A DNA stretch of 64,000 nucleotides from Candidatus Latescibacterota bacterium (GTDB taxonomy: Bacteria > Latescibacterota > UBA2968), in NCBI GenBank assembly GCA_965198115.1, contig OZ240241.1, positions 3,808,001 through 3,872,000 on the forward strand, in the 5' to 3' direction. The stretch's first letter is position 1. Each line of letters opens with the position of its first letter. The notes under the pieces were generated by a model. It did no database searches. It was not told the origin of the DNA and was given only the letters and a program-made list of their open reading frames with translations. Shown in pieces: positions 61,136 to 64,000 of the stretch. The position numbers and the translations under genes are program-made.

Positions 61136-62555
61136 GGCTCTATCCGGGTTTCTCAACGGTGAAACTATAGAATGACAAGGTCATAGATCGTTCCCTACGC
61201 TTGGTTGTGTGTGTAGGACAATCAAAGCGAAGGGGGTGCGACCTATGACCGGGAGCAGATTACTATCGAAACTGCTGAGATTCAAGGGGTTCCGTGTTGT
61301 CAGCTGGTGGTTTGAGGGGAGAAGCTGTTTCGTCATCGCCGTAAAGCCACATAAGAATGGTTGTTGTTGTCCGGAGTGCGGCCGTCGAGGTAAAATCGTC
61401 CGCACAATGCCCCATCCGCGTCGGTGGCGTGACATTCCGGTGTGCGGGTGGAGGGTCTGGCTTCTCTACCATCCTCGGGAGATTCGGTGTCCTACCCACG
61501 GTCGTGTGGTCGAGGAGATTCCGTGGGCGGAGCGGTTCTCTCGGGTGACGTATCGCTTCGAGTATGCCATGCTGCGCTACTGCCAGACCATGACGCAGAA
61601 GGCGGCGTCCGAGTTACTGCGCATCTCTGCCTCGACGCTGTCGGATCTCCTTCACCGATCCATCACGCGGCTTCGTGAAGGTCATCGTATCCGAGGGCTC
61701 AAAACCATCGGGATCGACGAGATCTCCTACGCCAAGCGTCACAGGTACGCCACGCTCGTTTACGATCTGGACCGCTCCTGCGTGGTGTGGGTTGGCCGCG
61801 GCAGGGCGCGTAAAACGATCGATCGGTTCTTCACAGAGGCTCTCAGTCCCTACCGGAGATCCAAGATCGAGTGGGCCTGCTGCGACATGAGCGAAGCTTA
61901 CATCGGAGCCATCCAGGAACACTGTCCGAATGCCAAGCTGGTCCTCGATCGCTTTCACATCGTCAAGGCTCTCAATGCCGCCGTTGACGAGGTCCGTAAG
62001 GACCAGTGGCGTAAAGCTGCCCCGGATGAGCGCAAAGCCATGAAGGGCCTCCGATGGCTCCTCTACCGGCACTCAGCGACACGCTCCAGAGGGGATACTC
62101 GGACACTCAAAGCACTGGAGAAGGCGAACTACCGAATCTATAGAGCCTGGAGACTCAAGGACGAGTTCGAGCAGTTCTGGGAATACAAAGCGCCCTGGGC
62201 TGCCGAACGCTTCCTGAAATGCTGGACGACGTCCGCACTCAGAAGTCGACTTGAACCCCTGCGAAAGTTCGTCAGGACCCTGCGACAGCACTTCTTCGGC
62301 GTCCTCGCATTCGTGAACACGCGTCTTACCAACGCCATCGCCGAAGGCCTCAACCGAATCGTCCAAATCGTCAAGAACCGAGCCAGCGGATTCCGCACAC
62401 TCGACGCATTCAACGATATGATCTTCCTTACCGTCGGAGACATAAACATCCCTGAGCAGATTCCGAAGAGGTTCCGCACACTCTAACCGCGCCCCCATGC
62501 CAGGAACCACGGCACCTTCACCCACTTCATCTCGTTGAGAGATCCGGATATAGCC
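61136..62555 (+). mobile_element. ISL3-family insertion sequence, copy 2 (1420 bp)
   Basis: Same IRs as copy 1; perfect 8-bp TSD AGTTAAAT. Confidence 0.96.
61209..62486 (+). CDS. ISL3 transposase
   Basis: 425 aa, 2 aa differences from copy 1. Confidence 0.95.
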   Translation: MCRTIKAKGVRPMTGSRLLSKLLRFKGFRVVSWWFEGRSCFVIAVKPHKNGCCCPECGRRGKIVRTMPHPRRWRDIPVCGWRVWLLYHPREIRCPTHGRVVEEIPWAERFSRVTYRFEYAMLRYCQTMTQKAASELLRISASTLSDLLHRSITRLREGHRIRGLKTIGIDEISYAKRHRYATLVYDLDRSCVVWVGRGRARKTIDRFFTEALSPYRRSKIEWACCDMSEAYIGAIQEHCPNAKLVLDRFHIVKALNAAVDEVRKDQWRKAAPDERKAMKGLRWLLYRHSATRSRGDTRTLKALEKANYRIYRAWRLKDEFEQFWEYKAPWAAERFLKCWTTSALRSRLEPLRKFVRTLRQHFFGVLAFVNTRLTNAIAEGLNRIVQIVKNRASGFRTLDAFNDMIFLTVGDINIPEQIPKRFRTL

Positions 62556-63011
62556 AGTTAAATAACGTCCCAGTTTCCGCCTCAAGCCAGGGGGCAGGCC
62601 TGCGATCGTCGATCGCCGTTCCGCTGGCGGCAGCGCCTCCAAGGCCTTGATGACGTTCTCGCGTGAAACCTGCGGATTGAAGATGCGCTTCTTGAGGTTG
62701 GTAATGGTGGCAGACCGGGTGGAATCGCGTTCCGAAGATCCTCTATGTGCAGACGACTGCCGTTTCTTGCGCTCCTGTTTTTGCAGCTTGCGAGCGGATC
62801 TTCTCTCCGCATCCAGTTCACGGTAGCGCTCGTCCGTCATCGATCCATCGATGAGCTCCTGCGTCATCGAATCGATCCGCGCCGCCTCAGAGTCGTCGCC
62901 TTCGGCCACGGCTTCGCGATGCAGCCGCGAGAGATGGTGATACACGGGATCTTCCCAGTAGGACAGATCGGGCCTTGCAGATTCGTCGGCCAGTTCACTT
63001 TCGTCAGTCAT
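62556..63011 (-). CDS. Hypothetical charged helical protein; last 4 codons separated by ISL3
   Basis: GGGAG RBS; native end YLT|DGGH* at 61113-61127; now reads into the IS to 62073. Confidence 0.65.
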
Positions 63012-63057
63012 CTCGCTCCCTCTTATCGACTCGAGCTACGATCTCGATAGCCAGTCA

Positions 63058-63474
63058 CTAGGGAGCGTGCTGTTCGAACCAGGCCATCGCGGCAGGCGCA
63101 ATCCCCGTGTGTCCTCCCTCGAAAATCGTCACCCGTGCCCGTCCGGACCTTCGACGCAGGTGTATCTCCCGGCCGAATGACTCGTCCCTCGCTGTATCCG
63201 AGGCGGTCGGCTCGGCAAGTCTCCCGTCTGGCTGACTCAACTGTTCGATCTCCGACTCGCTGATCGGCGTGTCACCCACCGCTTCGGCAATCGCGTTGAA
63301 GGCTTCGAGCGAGTGTCGAATCGGAACCGATCCTCGATGGCCATCGTGAATGCCTGCCGCGATATCCAGGGCCACGTCTTTCGCGTTCGCCAGATGTGTC
63401 AGTGGTGGACGATCGCGATACCGCGCATCGATTTCTGGTGAATCACCGGGCGCACCGCCCAGAGCCGATCTCAC
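63058..63474 (-). pseudogene. C-terminal fragment of an alpha/beta hydrolase (S9-like)
   Basis: DIAAGIHDGHRGSVP and IFEGGH (catalytic Asp/His region); no GxSxG half and no RBS. Confidence 0.65.
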
Positions 63475-63492
63475 GGGGGGGGGGTCAACCGT

Positions 63493-64000
63493 CTACCCTC
63501 CAGAGCCTGCCCCGAGCGGATGCGAGGGGTCCTCCGCCTCTTTCTCCTTCAGCTGCGTAGCCATCGACGATCCGGCGATCGCGAAGAAAATGAACCAGCC
63601 GAATGTCCGTTGGTAGGCTTTCACGCCGGGGAGCCCCAGGCTGAGGTAGTGCCGGAGAAAGACACCGCCCAGCGAGGTTCCGATCGCCGACCCGAGGAAG
63701 CGAATCATATGATAGACGCCCGCGGCCGCTCCCAACCGCTCCTTCGGGACGGTCCCCATCACATAGCGATGGAGTGCTGCGTGCATCAGGCCCGACCCGA
63801 ATCCGTGCAGCCCCAGGGTCAGCCCCACCTCCCAGAGCGACGTCTCTTCCGTCAAGCGATTCAGAATGATGAATACCACAGCCTGCAAGGCGATCCCGAC
63901 GGACACGAGCCCTCGGCTCGTCCACCGATCGGCAAGACCGCCCCCGACTCGGACGATCAGTGCCATGGCGCCCGAATTGATGACCAACATCCCTCCGAGC
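63493..64000 (-). CDS. MFS transporter, C-terminal part (runs off window)
   Basis: GGGLADRWTSR, GAAAGVYHMIRFLGSAIGTS. Confidence 0.88.
   Translation of the reverse strand, partial: LGGMLVINSGAMALIVRVGGGLADRWTSRGLVSVGIALQAVVFIILNRLTEETSLWEVGLTLGLHGFGSGLMHAALHRYVMGTVPKERLGAAAGVYHMIRFLGSAIGTSLGGVFLRHYLSLGLPGVKAYQRTFGWFIFFAIAGSSMATQLKEKEAEDPSHPLGAGSGG

Overview
A GC-rich (roughly 60-63%) bacterial chromosomal segment. A C-terminal double DxDGDGxVGFxDF module, NHL and ankyrin proteins and a PhyH enzyme suggest a Latescibacterota/Poribacteria-like organism (inference only). It carries about 45 non-IS genes: rarA, ggt-like, apbC, an RND efflux operon, flgM, an M23-bactofilin pair, hflX, an ECF sigma-ankyrin fusion, pckA and several transporters and catabolic enzymes. 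Eight insertion sequences are present, two near-identical copies each of IS630, ISL3, IS200-like and IS256, totalling about 9.4 kb (about 15%); most land in genes or regulatory DNA. Several 1-2 bp frameshifts could be real decay or long-read error. No rRNA, tRNA or CRISPR array was recognised. The best candidate for an undescribed system is at 880-3100 on the minus strand. There a sigma-region-4-only gene is bracketed by two related non-coding units (AGTGCATCCGC-N6-GTAAAG ... CCGAAAGGAGG-N5-GATGC), each ending in a small ORF, and is preceded by a terminator plus anti-SD stem. The upstream unit is only visible after removing IS630 copy 1. Other highlights are a stand-alone FliG N-terminal domain in the rarA operon, an orphan flgM, an IS630 hairpin-T4Cn slippage signal, IS200 target-guide logic readable from two insertions, an atypical His-lined ankyrin lipoprotein and a PhyH-NUDIX-like fusion.
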